In this document: positions 20,954-30,598 of the stretch, piece after piece
Position numbering within the stretch: position 1 is the stretch's first letter
How the letters are laid out: each line of letters begins with the position of its first letter
Source of the DNA: Halodesulfurarchaeum sp.
Lineage (GTDB): Archaea; Halobacteriota; Halobacteria; Halobacteriales; Halobacteriaceae
Direction of reading: 5' to 3'
Length of the DNA: 64,000 bases
Assembly: GCA_034520565.1 (NCBI GenBank)
Contig: JAXHNL010000002.1
Location: forward strand, 1,184,001-1,248,000
Made by a program: the position numbers and the translations under genes
The notes under the pieces: generated by a model
What the model was told of the DNA's origin: nothing
What the model saw: the letters and a program-made list of their open reading frames with translations, nothing else
Database searches by the model: none

Positions 20954-21343
20954 ATGAAGACTGCCAGTGCTGAAAGCGATCTGCAGACGACGGTGACCGT
21001 TCGGTGTACGGGTCATATTTACGAGGCCGTCGGCGATTCGCGGTTCGAATACACCTTCGACGGCGAGACGCTCGCCGATTTCCTCGCGGCGTTTTTCGCG
21101 GACTTCGAGGTGGAGGATCTCGTCCTCGCCAGCGAGGAAAGCGAAGAGGTCACGAGCGGATGGGCGGAGCCACCCGAGGAGTTGCCCGGCACGTGGAACC
21201 GCAATCCCGAGGGCGAACGGGTGCGTCGATACGCCCGCGTGACCGTCAACGGTCGGTTCAACGAGCACCTTGACGGGTTTCGAACGCGGCTGACAGATGG
21301 CGATCGGATCGGACTGCTGTATCCCTTCGTCTACTGTTTCTAA
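20954..21343 (+). CDS. MoaD/ThiS-like beta-grasp protein lacking C-terminal Gly-Gly
   Basis: VTVNGRF.EHLDG..T.L.DGDRI.LLYP; ends PFVYCF. Confidence 0.75.
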   Translation: MKTASAESDLQTTVTVRCTGHIYEAVGDSRFEYTFDGETLADFLAAFFADFEVEDLVLASEESEEVTSGWAEPPEELPGTWNRNPEGERVRRYARVTVNGRFNEHLDGFRTRLTDGDRIGLLYPFVYCF

Positions 21344-21444
21344 CGCAAAACCACCGAAATCGCGGGAAAATCGGGTTAATTTTGCTGAATTCGCGCGGAC
21401 GATCTGCCCCCATTATCCCTTCGAACGTTCTACAAGCGATCGTC

Positions 21445-22281
21445 ATGAACCGACTCCTGACCGTGCTGGTGGCACTCGCCATGATCCTGTCCGTGACCGG
21501 ACCGGTGATGGCACTCGCCCCGGCAGATTCGACCGAACTCGCACAGACGACTGAGACGGAAGCAAACGACACCGCTGTCAACGAGACGCCGCCGGGCGTG
21601 ATGTTTGCCGGCTCGATCGCGGTGCAGCAGGAGGAGATGCGCGGTGAAATCGAACATCGCTCCTTCGGCCTGCAAATCGCCGCCGCGGCCACGAACCGAT
21701 CGAAGGCCCAGGTGCTCAATCGCACCCACGAACATCTCGAAGAGCGCTTGACGGAGATCGAAACCGAGATGGAACGCCTGAACCGGTCCCGGGCCAACGG
21801 TTCGATCTCCGAAGGCCAGTACCAGGTTCGACTGAGCGCCCTCACGACGAGGGTGGGGAATCTGGAGCAGATGGCCAACAGCACTAGTCGAACCGCCGCC
21901 ACGTTGCCCCGTGAGACCCTCGAGGCGAACGGTGTGAACGTCACCGCGCTCGAACAACTCCGCACCCACGCCCGCAACATGACGGGGCCGGAGACCGCGG
22001 CAATCGCCCGACAGATCGCGGGTGACCGCGCGGGTACCCCGATGGGACCGCCCGAAGGCATTCCTGGCGGCCCGCCTGAAGGGGTCCCGGCTGGTCCGGG
22101 CGGCGATACGGACAACGACACTCGAATGGGTCCCGGAAACGGAAGCGGTGATCGGCCCGGGACGGGAATGACCGAAACGACGACCGAGGGGACCTCGACG
22201 AACGAGACCGCTGACGGCGCCCCCGAGACCACTGAATCGGCACCGACGGGAGACGAAACGGCGGGGAACACAGGACAGTAA
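21445..22281 (+). CDS. Secreted coiled-coil protein with Gly/Pro/Thr-rich tail
   Basis: Signal peptide; several N-x-S/T sequons; GPPEG repeats. Confidence 0.8.
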   Translation: MNRLLTVLVALAMILSVTGPVMALAPADSTELAQTTETEANDTAVNETPPGVMFAGSIAVQQEEMRGEIEHRSFGLQIAAAATNRSKAQVLNRTHEHLEERLTEIETEMERLNRSRANGSISEGQYQVRLSALTTRVGNLEQMANSTSRTAATLPRETLEANGVNVTALEQLRTHARNMTGPETAAIARQIAGDRAGTPMGPPEGIPGGPPEGVPAGPGGDTDNDTRMGPGNGSGDRPGTGMTETTTEGTSTNETADGAPETTESAPTGDETAGNTGQ

Positions 22282-22284
22282 GCC

Positions 22285-22986
22285 ATGACCGATCGGAACG
22301 ACAAATTCTCGAAACGGACCGCGAGCATTGCTCTCGTGTTGCTCGTGGCGGTTTCCGGGCTTGGGATCGGCATTGGCCCGGCAATCGCGCAGGACACTCC
22401 CACTGAACCCACTGTCGACGTCGCGATCGACGACAGCGGAACGGTCGATCTCACGATCGTGATGACGTATGACCTCTCCGAGGCCTCCGAACAGGAGGCC
22501 TTCGAGGATCTCCGGACCGACGACGCCCTGCTCGAGGAGATGGAGACGCGGTTTTCCGAGCGGATGGATCGCGTGGCCATGGCGACTGCAGCGTTGACGA
22601 ATCGGTCTCCCGAGGTCACGGCGGTAGACGTCTCCCTGCAAACGAGTGATTCGACCGGGATCGTCGAACTCAGTGCCACCATTACCGGTCTGGTGGCGAT
22701 CGACGACGGAACGCTCACCCTCGCAGAACCGTTCGCGAGTGGCTTCCAGACCGATCGAACGCTGCGGATCACCGTTCCCGAGGGCTACGACGTCGACTCG
22801 GTGACGCCCGAGCCCGATGACCGGAGCGACGGCACCCTGGTCTGGGAGCCCGATCGCTCGCTCGACGGCTTCGAACTCGTGGCGAGCGAATCGGGTGAGG
22901 CGACGGCCACCTCCACTCCCGGTATGGGACTGCTGGCTGGGGGACTGGCGGTTCTCGGCGCGTCGCTGTACATTCGAAAGCGATAA
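22285..22986 (+). CDS. Cell-surface protein with PGF-CTERM-like anchor
   Basis: Signal peptide; C-terminal STPGMG + TM + RKR. Confidence 0.8.
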   Translation: MTDRNDKFSKRTASIALVLLVAVSGLGIGIGPAIAQDTPTEPTVDVAIDDSGTVDLTIVMTYDLSEASEQEAFEDLRTDDALLEEMETRFSERMDRVAMATAALTNRSPEVTAVDVSLQTSDSTGIVELSATITGLVAIDDGTLTLAEPFASGFQTDRTLRITVPEGYDVDSVTPEPDDRSDGTLVWEPDRSLDGFELVASESGEATATSTPGMGLLAGGLAVLGASLYIRKR

Positions 22987-23109
22987 TCCGGGGCGGTTTC
23001 TTCTCGAGAGGTCCGATAGTCTTCGAACGCCCTGGAACACGACTCCAGGTGGTGCCAGTGTTGAGGGAGCTCCGTAACGAACCGAAATGTCCGTCGAAGC
23101 TTCGTCTTG

Positions 23110-24129
23110 CTACTCGTACGTGTGGAAGTCCACGGCCTGCTCGAGGAGTTCGTCAGGAATGCCGGGAACTTCTTCCTCCCGGACCGGCCCTTGTTCGGAA
23201 ATAATATCTGGGTCCCGGGGGAAGTCCCTGAGCTGGAAGTGGATGTCGATGCCGGCTTTGGCGCCCTGTCCGAGGGCGATCGGAACCTGGTTGTGACCTG
23301 GCGTACAGTCCCCAACCGCGTAGACGCCATCGACTGACGTGCGACCGTGGCCGTCGACCTCGATTGATCCGTCTGCGTTAATCTCACAGCCGAGTTCCCG
23401 CGCGAGGCCGTTATTGTATTCGGCCCCGTACATCGCGAATCCGCCCCTGTACTCCCGGACGGCACCATCTTCGAATTCGAGGGACTTCAACCACCCATCT
23501 TCCCCATTCTGGACGCCTGTCACGTCTTCATGGATGACGTCGATGGGATGGCCCTGGAGCATTTCGTCGGTTTCGTCGCTCCAATCGATCGGATCTCCTC
23601 TTGTCAGGAGGTCTACCTCGTCGGTGAAGTTGAGCATGAGGGCGGCGACGTGGGCCGCACTTTCGGCATGTCCCATCACGTACACCGATTTGTCGACGAA
23701 CATGTGGGCATCACAGTGCAGGCAGTAGTGGAGTCCTCGCCCCGTTCGGGGCAAGGGTGGATCGGGTCGGATGTCGGAAAACCCGGTGGCGAGTACGACG
23801 GCGTCGGCCGTATAGGTCGCGTTCGTCCCCGCAAGCTGGATCGTGCCCGACGCCGATCGGGAACACGATTCGACTTTGTCACGATGAAACTCGGTCCCGT
23901 ACGCTTCGAGTTGTTCCCGTCCGATACCGAGGAATTCGGCGCCGCTCGTTTCCTCTTTGACGCCGAGGAGGTTATGGACCTCCTGCATCATCGCCGCCCG
24001 TCCGCCGCCGCGATCGACGATCGCCGTTTCGTGTCCGAGCCTCGTGGTGTACATCGCTGCCGTCATCCCGGCAGGACCGCCGCCGACCACGACTACTTCG
24101 TACTGTTGGTCCGCGATTTTCTCACTCAT
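23110..24129 (-). CDS. Thioredoxin-reductase-like FAD/NAD(P) oxidoreductase
   Basis: VVGGGPAG, LATG, YCLHCD, TSVDGVYAVGD. Confidence 0.9.
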   Translation of the reverse strand: MSEKIADQQYEVVVVGGGPAGMTAAMYTTRLGHETAIVDRGGGRAAMMQEVHNLLGVKEETSGAEFLGIGREQLEAYGTEFHRDKVESCSRSASGTIQLAGTNATYTADAVVLATGFSDIRPDPPLPRTGRGLHYCLHCDAHMFVDKSVYVMGHAESAAHVAALMLNFTDEVDLLTRGDPIDWSDETDEMLQGHPIDVIHEDVTGVQNGEDGWLKSLEFEDGAVREYRGGFAMYGAEYNNGLARELGCEINADGSIEVDGHGRTSVDGVYAVGDCTPGHNQVPIALGQGAKAGIDIHFQLRDFPRDPDIISEQGPVREEEVPGIPDELLEQAVDFHTYE

Positions 24130-24302
24130 GGATGTGAAAGACGGTGGCAGTTGACAAATAGTTCTCCGGTTTGACACACTTCTCGGATGGATGCATTCGA
24201 ATGTCCGTGCGGTGTGGACACCTACGGCCCTGTCGGGGGTGTGCAATCGGTCTCCACGACCGCGTTCTGGTTATGTGGCCCGGACTCTTCCTCTCGGATA
24301 CG

Positions 24303-24725
24303 ATGCCATCAGTGATTGCAGGACTCGTCGGCGGCCTTGTCGCTACGATCGTCATGAGTATCGGGATGAAACTTTTGGGTGGCGGGCCGCCGCCAACTGC
24401 TGCTCTCCTCGCAAAATTCATGGGTGGTGAGCCTGCGGCACACGCCAAACCGGGCATGCTCCTGCACATGATCTACGGGACCGGGGCGGGACTCGTGTTC
24501 GCCCTGGGCGTGCCAGTTCTGGGGTTCGATCTCGGATCGATCGGGACTGCTGTCGGACTCGGCCTGGGTTACGGACTCGTCCTGATGGTCGGCGGGATGG
24601 CCTTTTGGCTGAAGGGTATCATCGGGATGAAGCCAGACCGGGACATGCTCGTCACCTTCGGGATCGTGCACGTGGTCTACGGCCTCGTCTTGGGCGCCTT
24701 TCTCGGTACCGGGCTGCTCGCCTGA
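24303..24725 (+). CDS. 4-TM membrane protein with conserved His
   Basis: GLVGGLVATIVMS, LHMIYG, HVVYG. Confidence 0.75.
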   Translation: MPSVIAGLVGGLVATIVMSIGMKLLGGGPPPTAALLAKFMGGEPAAHAKPGMLLHMIYGTGAGLVFALGVPVLGFDLGSIGTAVGLGLGYGLVLMVGGMAFWLKGIIGMKPDRDMLVTFGIVHVVYGLVLGAFLGTGLLA

Positions 24726-24758
24726 GGGCCACTCGAAAGACGGCTCCTCGGGACTGAC

Positions 24759-25355
24759 TCACCTGTCGGGGAACGACTCCCAGAAGACCTCGGGCAACGC
24801 TCGATCCTCGTTTCCATCGAGGGTTTCCTGCTGGGCGAGATTCGATTCCTCGATGCGGGCTGCTGCCTCTCCGGCCCAGACGTAGAACCCGACCAGGGTC
24901 TCACGACGCAACCGTTCGAGGTCGACCGGATGATAGACGTTCACCACCCCGCCTTCCTCGCGGTTCAACTGTGATTTTTGCAGCAACCCGATCTCGGCGA
25001 GGGTGTTCAGATATCGGGTGATCGTGCTTCGCTCGTACCCGAGTGCGTCTGCGACGTCGTTCGCGGAGCGGGGACCTTCACTGATGACGAAAAGGGCAAT
25101 ATCCAATCCAGGTTTGGGCAGTCCGAAGGCCTGGAGAAGCACCTGTTTGACGTCCGGCGGTTTGACCGCCATCTCCACGTCGGTCACCCGCTCCATCGGC
25201 TTGTTGTGACAGGTCATCGGCGGGTCGCTCCGACCCAGGGCGAGCACGATGTTGTCACAGTCCGGACATTCGAACAGGTCATACCGGCTGGTTTCGGGAT
25301 CGTACGCCACTTTCTCCGTTCCAACCGTGGGGTTCTCAGCGTTGTCCACAGCCAT
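24759..25355 (-). CDS. TrmB-like HTH regulator with N-terminal desulforedoxin-like metal site
   Basis: CPDC..PMTCH..PME followed by wHTH (VADALGYERSTITRYLN.L.E.GL). Confidence 0.75.
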   Translation of the reverse strand: MAVDNAENPTVGTEKVAYDPETSRYDLFECPDCDNIVLALGRSDPPMTCHNKPMERVTDVEMAVKPPDVKQVLLQAFGLPKPGLDIALFVISEGPRSANDVADALGYERSTITRYLNTLAEIGLLQKSQLNREEGGVVNVYHPVDLERLRRETLVGFYVWAGEAAARIEESNLAQQETLDGNEDRALPEVFWESFPDR

Positions 25356-25532
25356 CAATCCTCCTCTCCATTCGCTCGAGACGAGGATCGCCTCGAGTAT
25401 AATAGTCCCTGTTGCATTTTCCTCTCGCGAGACCTTTTCCCTTGGTCCGGATCGATCACGTCGTCTCGATTTTTCAGTCGATACGGCGATCCTGGTTCGA
25501 ACTGATCCCTCGTGGTTTGTCGGACGGCCAAT

Positions 25533-25940
25533 TCAGGCGAGCCGCTCGTGTTCGATCTTCATGCACCTGTCCTGAACGACTCGTTTGCCCTGCGCTTCGG
25601 CGCGTGCCGCGGCCTCGTCGTCCCTGATTCCCAGCTGGGTCCAGATCACGTCCACGTCTTCGCGATCGATCGCTTCCTCGACGATCCCGCTCACCTCCTC
25701 GCTGGGACGGAACACGTCGACGACGTCCACTTCCACCGGAATATCCGAGAGTGAGTCGAAGGCCGCCTGCCCGAATATCTCCTCGGCGAAGGGGTTGACC
25801 GGAATGACCGCATAGCCCTGCTCGATGAGGTAGGCCGGGACCTCGTGTGCATCCTTCCCGGGGGTCGTCGAGCAGCCGACCACGGCGACGGTATCGAGTT
25901 CGAGGATCTCGCGGAGTTCGTCGTCGGTTTCGACGGGCAT
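25533..25940 (-). CDS. CoA-binding protein (YccU-like)
   Basis: VAVVGCS, IPVNP, VDVVDVFR, IWTQLG, VVQDRCM. Confidence 0.92.
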   Translation of the reverse strand: MPVETDDELREILELDTVAVVGCSTTPGKDAHEVPAYLIEQGYAVIPVNPFAEEIFGQAAFDSLSDIPVEVDVVDVFRPSEEVSGIVEEAIDREDVDVIWTQLGIRDDEAAARAEAQGKRVVQDRCMKIEHERLA

Positions 25941-26087
25941 GCCATGGAGAACGGCCGGTCGAGGAAAAAGTGTGCCGCCGAATTCGTGGGATTTCGGGCA
26001 CCGCTTCGTCATGCTCGGTGTCCAGGCCGGATCTGCGTGTGACAAAACCGTTCGACTTCTGGAGGGAAAGCCGGTACCCCTGGCCAA

Positions 26088-27107
26088 TTATGCCTCCGTG
26101 TCCTCCGAAATATTGAGTCCGGCGACGAGCCTGGCCGTGATTACCTGTTCGACGATATCGATCAACTGGTCATCATCGGCCGTGAACTCGGCGAAGATCC
26201 CGAGCGGGATTTCCCCGCCCGCCATGTCGTAGTGGCCACCGGCGCTCCCGACATCCCCAAAAGCGGCATCGAGTACGTCCCCGAGGTGCACTCGGGGATC
26301 CGGTGACCGGCCACTGAGATGGATGGACTCGCCGATGATGCCAAAGACGATGGCCGTATCGACCCCTTCCAGAGTTCCCAGGTAATCTGCAGCCTGCGGG
26401 AGCGCATCCCGTTCGGTGGTCCGGCCGACGTGTGAGATGAGGACCGACCCCTTGATCATTCGGTTCTCGATCGCCGTCCCAATCGCGTCGAGCGTTGCCC
26501 CAGTGACCGATGGTGACGACAATTGCTGGAGCAGCTTCACATCAACGTGTTCATGTAAGACCGCAGCCGCTTCGTATTCTTCGCTGGTCGTTCCACGGAG
26601 GAAGTCCAGGGTCTCGCGCCGAATCGCAAACAGGAGTGCCGTTGCAAGCACCGCGTCCATTTCGACGCCCAGTTCCCGGATGTATCCCGTCAGCATCGTC
26701 GCTGCAGCGCCGACTTCCTCCCGGTGATCCACGAATCGAGCTTCGATGTCTTCGGCGGGGTGGTGGTCGATTACGATGTCGATGGTCGTTCCCGGCGGAA
26801 CTCGGTTATTCACACCTGGAACCGAATGGTCGACGAACGCGACCAACGACCCGTCCGTTCGGTCCTGTAGTGTCGCGTTTTCGAACGGTTGAAGATCGAT
26901 ATCGACCAAATTGACGAACGCCCGGTTTTGCTGGTGGGAAATGTCCCCGCTATAGAAGATATTCCGTTCGTCGATGCCCGCAGCAGCCCCGATTCGTCCC
27001 AATGCGAGTGCACTTGCCAGGCAATCCGGATCCGGGTTGTTGTGACAAATGATGTTAAGCTCGTCCCCCTCGGCCAACAGTTCGTGAAGGCGGTTTGCTT
27101 TGCTCAT
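26088..27107 (-). CDS. DHH family phosphoesterase
   Basis: HNNPDPD, VDH, IDHH, SAGGH. Confidence 0.92.
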   Translation of the reverse strand: MSKANRLHELLAEGDELNIICHNNPDPDCLASALALGRIGAAAGIDERNIFYSGDISHQQNRAFVNLVDIDLQPFENATLQDRTDGSLVAFVDHSVPGVNNRVPPGTTIDIVIDHHPAEDIEARFVDHREEVGAAATMLTGYIRELGVEMDAVLATALLFAIRRETLDFLRGTTSEEYEAAAVLHEHVDVKLLQQLSSPSVTGATLDAIGTAIENRMIKGSVLISHVGRTTERDALPQAADYLGTLEGVDTAIVFGIIGESIHLSGRSPDPRVHLGDVLDAAFGDVGSAGGHYDMAGGEIPLGIFAEFTADDDQLIDIVEQVITARLVAGLNISEDTEA

Positions 27108-27208
27108 GTGTGGTCGTACGGCTGCAGCCGAGTTAGTAGTGACCGGTCATGTGACGGTTTCATCCGGAGCTCCGACCGACTCCCGCTGACACTCCGCTCT
27201 CGTCACGT

Positions 27209-28018
27209 TCACTTCGCGCCGCGAACGACGTGCCCATACTTCAATACAGCGACGAAGAACGCCCCGCCGACGGCGTTCCCAAGCGTTGCCAACACCTGGA
27301 AGGACAGGTAATCGGCGAGGGACACGGACGGGGACATGAAGAGTCCGAAGAGGACCTCCACGTTCCCGGCGATGGAGTGTGGCAGATGGAGAATGCCGAT
27401 CGTCGCCGCGACGATCCAGATGATGAAAATCCGGCTGATCGTCTCCTGTGCGGCGGTGATCAACCAGGCCATCAGTCCCATCAACCACCCGGCGAAAATG
27501 CCGGCCACGAACAGCCAGGAAAGGTCGTGGCTGACGAGTTTGTTCGCGATAGTTCCGAACGCTTCCGGCGAGACCACGCCGAGCCCCGGCATGAGCAACA
27601 CCGCCAAGAGCGTGAAGAAGGCGCCACCGACGATATTCCCCACGTAGACGAGTCCCCAGAGCCGACCCAACTGGCCGAGCGACGCCTGTCTGTCGAGGAC
27701 CGGAATCACGGCTAGAGTGGTGTGTTCCGTGAACAGTTCGGACCGACCGAGGATGACGAACATGAACCCCACCGCGTAGGCGCTGGCCAGGAGGATTTCC
27801 GTCGAGAGGTCCCCGAAACTCCCCTCGGACAGGGTCAAAAGCACCGCCATGAGGAGCGGTCCGAAGCCGATGTCGAGCCCGGCGGAAAAGCCGGAGAGCA
27901 ACAACCCCGACCGTTCCCGCTCCATCTCGTGTAACCCACTTTCGATCAGCGAATCGAGGACCGCCGCTGACGGCATCTGTTGCATGTGGGCCAACGTCTC
28001 GGTGTCTTCTCGGTCCAC
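27209..28018 (-). CDS. Formate/nitrite transporter family protein
   Basis: SELFTEHT, LPHSIAG, TLGNAVGG motifs; start (GTG 28018) uncertain. Confidence 0.88.
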   Translation of the reverse strand: MDREDTETLAHMQQMPSAAVLDSLIESGLHEMERERSGLLLSGFSAGLDIGFGPLLMAVLLTLSEGSFGDLSTEILLASAYAVGFMFVILGRSELFTEHTTLAVIPVLDRQASLGQLGRLWGLVYVGNIVGGAFFTLLAVLLMPGLGVVSPEAFGTIANKLVSHDLSWLFVAGIFAGWLMGLMAWLITAAQETISRIFIIWIVAATIGILHLPHSIAGNVEVLFGLFMSPSVSLADYLSFQVLATLGNAVGGAFFVAVLKYGHVVRGAK

Positions 28019-28710
28019 AGATCTCTCCCCATCCAGATATCCAAACGAAACGGCACAAAGCTTTCCCTTGGTGCACATCGAGATCGGAGCCGGTACCGCT
28101 TCGAAGCGAACAGTGCACCCAGCCAATGGAAACCGGGCACATGAGCCGGTGGCATCGGAACCGTCAGTTCGCTCGAGTGACTCAGTCGCGGCCACGAAGC
28201 TATTCGGTCGGCGGACAGTTTTCGCCCTCGAATTCGTCGTGTCGTTCTGTTGGTTCCAAATTCGCTTCGGCCGAGTCTCACTGCAAAATCGACGATAACG
28301 CCGCTCGCTCCGGGTAAGGATACTGCACTCACTCGATCAAACGGAAATTCGCCGCATCGACCGGCCGCTTACAAAGGTAACAGCCCGTTTCGAGCATGTC
28401 TTCGCGGACGGCTTCGTCGACGAGGGGGGCCATCCCACAGTGTGGACAGGCAAATCGGTAGTTCGAGCCACACGATTGTTCGATATGTCTTAGTTGTCAT
28501 AATCTGGAGGTGGACGCGAGTAAATCTCCCACCGCACATTGTGGCCTTCCACGAACGGTGACGTTTTTAATCGCGGGCTGACGCTTTTTGGTTCCTGCCC
28601 AATCGATTGAGGTTCTGATGGGTGACACGATACCACCGTTTACCAGTAGAAAAGGGAGGTTTCCCTAAATAACCGAGAGTGGACGAGACAACGGGTTTAT
28701 ACCGGGAAGC

Positions 28711-28895
28711 GGTCGAACGGGATTGAAACCCGATGGCGAATCCGAACGCAGTGAGGATTCGCGTGGCTCAAATTTCTTCCGTGTGCGCTTCGCTCGCTCA
28801 CATGAGTTCGCTCGTTGCAGTGCTTGTGGTTCTACCGCTCGCAAAATCGAGACACTCGCTTCGCTCGTGTCTCGCATGCTCGACGGGAATTCACC
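28711..28895. repeat. Distal copy of the tRNA-Glu-associated structured repeat
   Basis: Near-identical to segments of 30084-30406 (e.g. gcaaaatcgagacactcgc..gtgtctcgcatgctcgacggga). Confidence 0.9.
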
Positions 28896-28976
28896 ACGAG
28901 ATTCACGGCAAATCAACTGCACGGATCAATTCTCCCGGCGAAACACATTTGTAACACAGTATATTAATATGTATAC

Positions 28977-29279
28977 GTGCCATCGATCAGTGCCCGGATT
29001 CCAGACGACGAAGAGGCGGAAATCCTGGAGGTAATCGACATCCTCGGTGAAGACAAAAGTACGGTGATCCGAAAGGCTCTCAGCGAGGGTCTCGGCTCGC
29101 TCAGAGAGCGCATCGCCATCCAACGGTACCAGGCTGGTGAGATATCGGTCAATCAGGCTGCACGGCTGGCAGGCGTGAGCATCGCGGAGTGGCTCGAGAT
29201 TGCCCGCGAACACAACCTCACCACACAGCTCAAACCTGACGATCTCGATGCTGATGCTGATGCTGCTCGGGAGCTATGA
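28977..29279 (+). CDS. UPF0175-family antitoxin (RHH + HTH)
   Basis: ISARIPD..DKSTVIRKAL; YQ.GEIS..QAARLAGVS. Confidence 0.85.
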   Translation: MPSISARIPDDEEAEILEVIDILGEDKSTVIRKALSEGLGSLRERIAIQRYQAGEISVNQAARLAGVSIAEWLEIAREHNLTTQLKPDDLDADADAAREL

Positions 29280-29800
29280 CTCGGATATTTCTCGATGCCA
29301 CCACGTTGATCAGCCTTGGTTCGCTCGGCGAACTGGAGTTGCTCACGAATTTCTCCGGGGATCTGGTCGTCCTGCCAGCGGTGCAATCTGCGGTCGATAC
29401 GGAGCCAGCACGCACGAACCTCGAGAGCTTCCTCGAATCACACGATATCCAATCTGGAGGTCACGAGTATGCAGATCAAATTCCCCGGGCGCTGTCACTT
29501 CTCGAGGAATCAGAGAGCAATGGTGACGTGGAAATCATTGCAGCAATACTCACTCAACGAGCGGACGATAGACCTGCCGGAGTAGTCTCGGATGATCGGC
29601 GAATCAGGACCACCGCCGATGCCTTCGGAGCGACAGTGACGGGAACAATCGGTGTGCTGGTTCGAGCCGTCGAGGCTGGAGTCGAGGAAGAGGACGGACT
29701 CGATATCCTCGAGCGGATCGATTCGCGTGGACTTCATATGACCGGTGAATTGCGAGAAAAGGCCGAGTCGCTGATTCACGAAGCGGCCGAAGAAAGCTGA
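29276..29800 (+). CDS. PIN-domain toxin (DUF3368/VapC-like)
   Basis: FLDATTLI, GD..II, SDDRR.R, VTGTIGVL; ATGA overlap with the antitoxin. Confidence 0.85.
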   Translation: MTRIFLDATTLISLGSLGELELLTNFSGDLVVLPAVQSAVDTEPARTNLESFLESHDIQSGGHEYADQIPRALSLLEESESNGDVEIIAAILTQRADDRPAGVVSDDRRIRTTADAFGATVTGTIGVLVRAVEAGVEEEDGLDILERIDSRGLHMTGELREKAESLIHEAAEES

Positions 29801-30021
29801 GCCAGTTCTTGGACACACTCAATCTCGAAGTTCGACGACACCAAGCCCTCTTATGACGGACTCGTTCGATGGGTCGCTGCCGCTGACCGAGACGAGATCC
29901 GGGCAATCAATGACTCACTCGATAGCGAGTGATCGCCAAACTGGATGGTGCCACGTGAAAATCTATCTGGATTAGCGCCCACGTGAACCGGGAAACCGGA
30001 CGTTATTCACCGCGAAGCTGT

Positions 30022-30406
30022 TCGTGTGTTCAAATCCTTTCTATGTGCGCTTCGCTCGGGGCAAAACGGTGCCGCTCGCTGCAGTGCTCGCGGTTCCACC
30101 GCTTGCAAAATCAAGACACTCGCTCCGCTCGTGTCTCGCATGCTCGACGGGATTTGAACCCGATGGCAAATCCCCCCTATCGGTCGGATTTGCGTGGTTC
30201 AAATCCCATTCCGGCGCATTTTCTCACTTCGTTCGAAACGTGCTCGCGGTTCCACCGCTCGCAAAATCGAGACACTCGCCTCGCTCGTGTCTCGCATGCT
30301 CGACGGGATTCGAACCGCGATGGCGAATCCTCACTGCGTTCGGATTCGCGTGGCTCAAATCCCTTCCGTGCGCGCTTCGCTCGCTCAAAACGTTCGCTCG
30401 CTGCAG
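30022..30406. repeat. Tandem structured repeat array (about 2.4 units of about 156-167 bp) abutting the tRNA-Glu 3' end
   Basis: Units start at about 30084 and 30240 (gtgctcgcggttccaccgct..) and contain nested inverted repeats. Confidence 0.9.
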
Positions 30407-30481
<75 letters not shown>

Positions 30482-30598
30482 GCATCCGTTCCTATCCCGG
30501 GTTTGTGTATAAAACCGTCGAATCGGTGCCTCCCGGCTCCCAAATCTTTAGCCGGCTCGGAACGTTTCCTGGGGCCGATCCACACCGAGCCGACCGGA

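Noticed and set aside
22040-22100. Short GPPEG-coding tandem repeats
   Set aside because: A low-complexity linker inside a secreted protein, not a separate DNA element.
28711-30406. Additional tRNA genes, or the ORFs 28723, 29983, 30024 and 30194
   Set aside because: Only T-arm-like pieces are present, with no D or anticodon arms. The ORFs are Arg/Ser-rich translations of the repeat.
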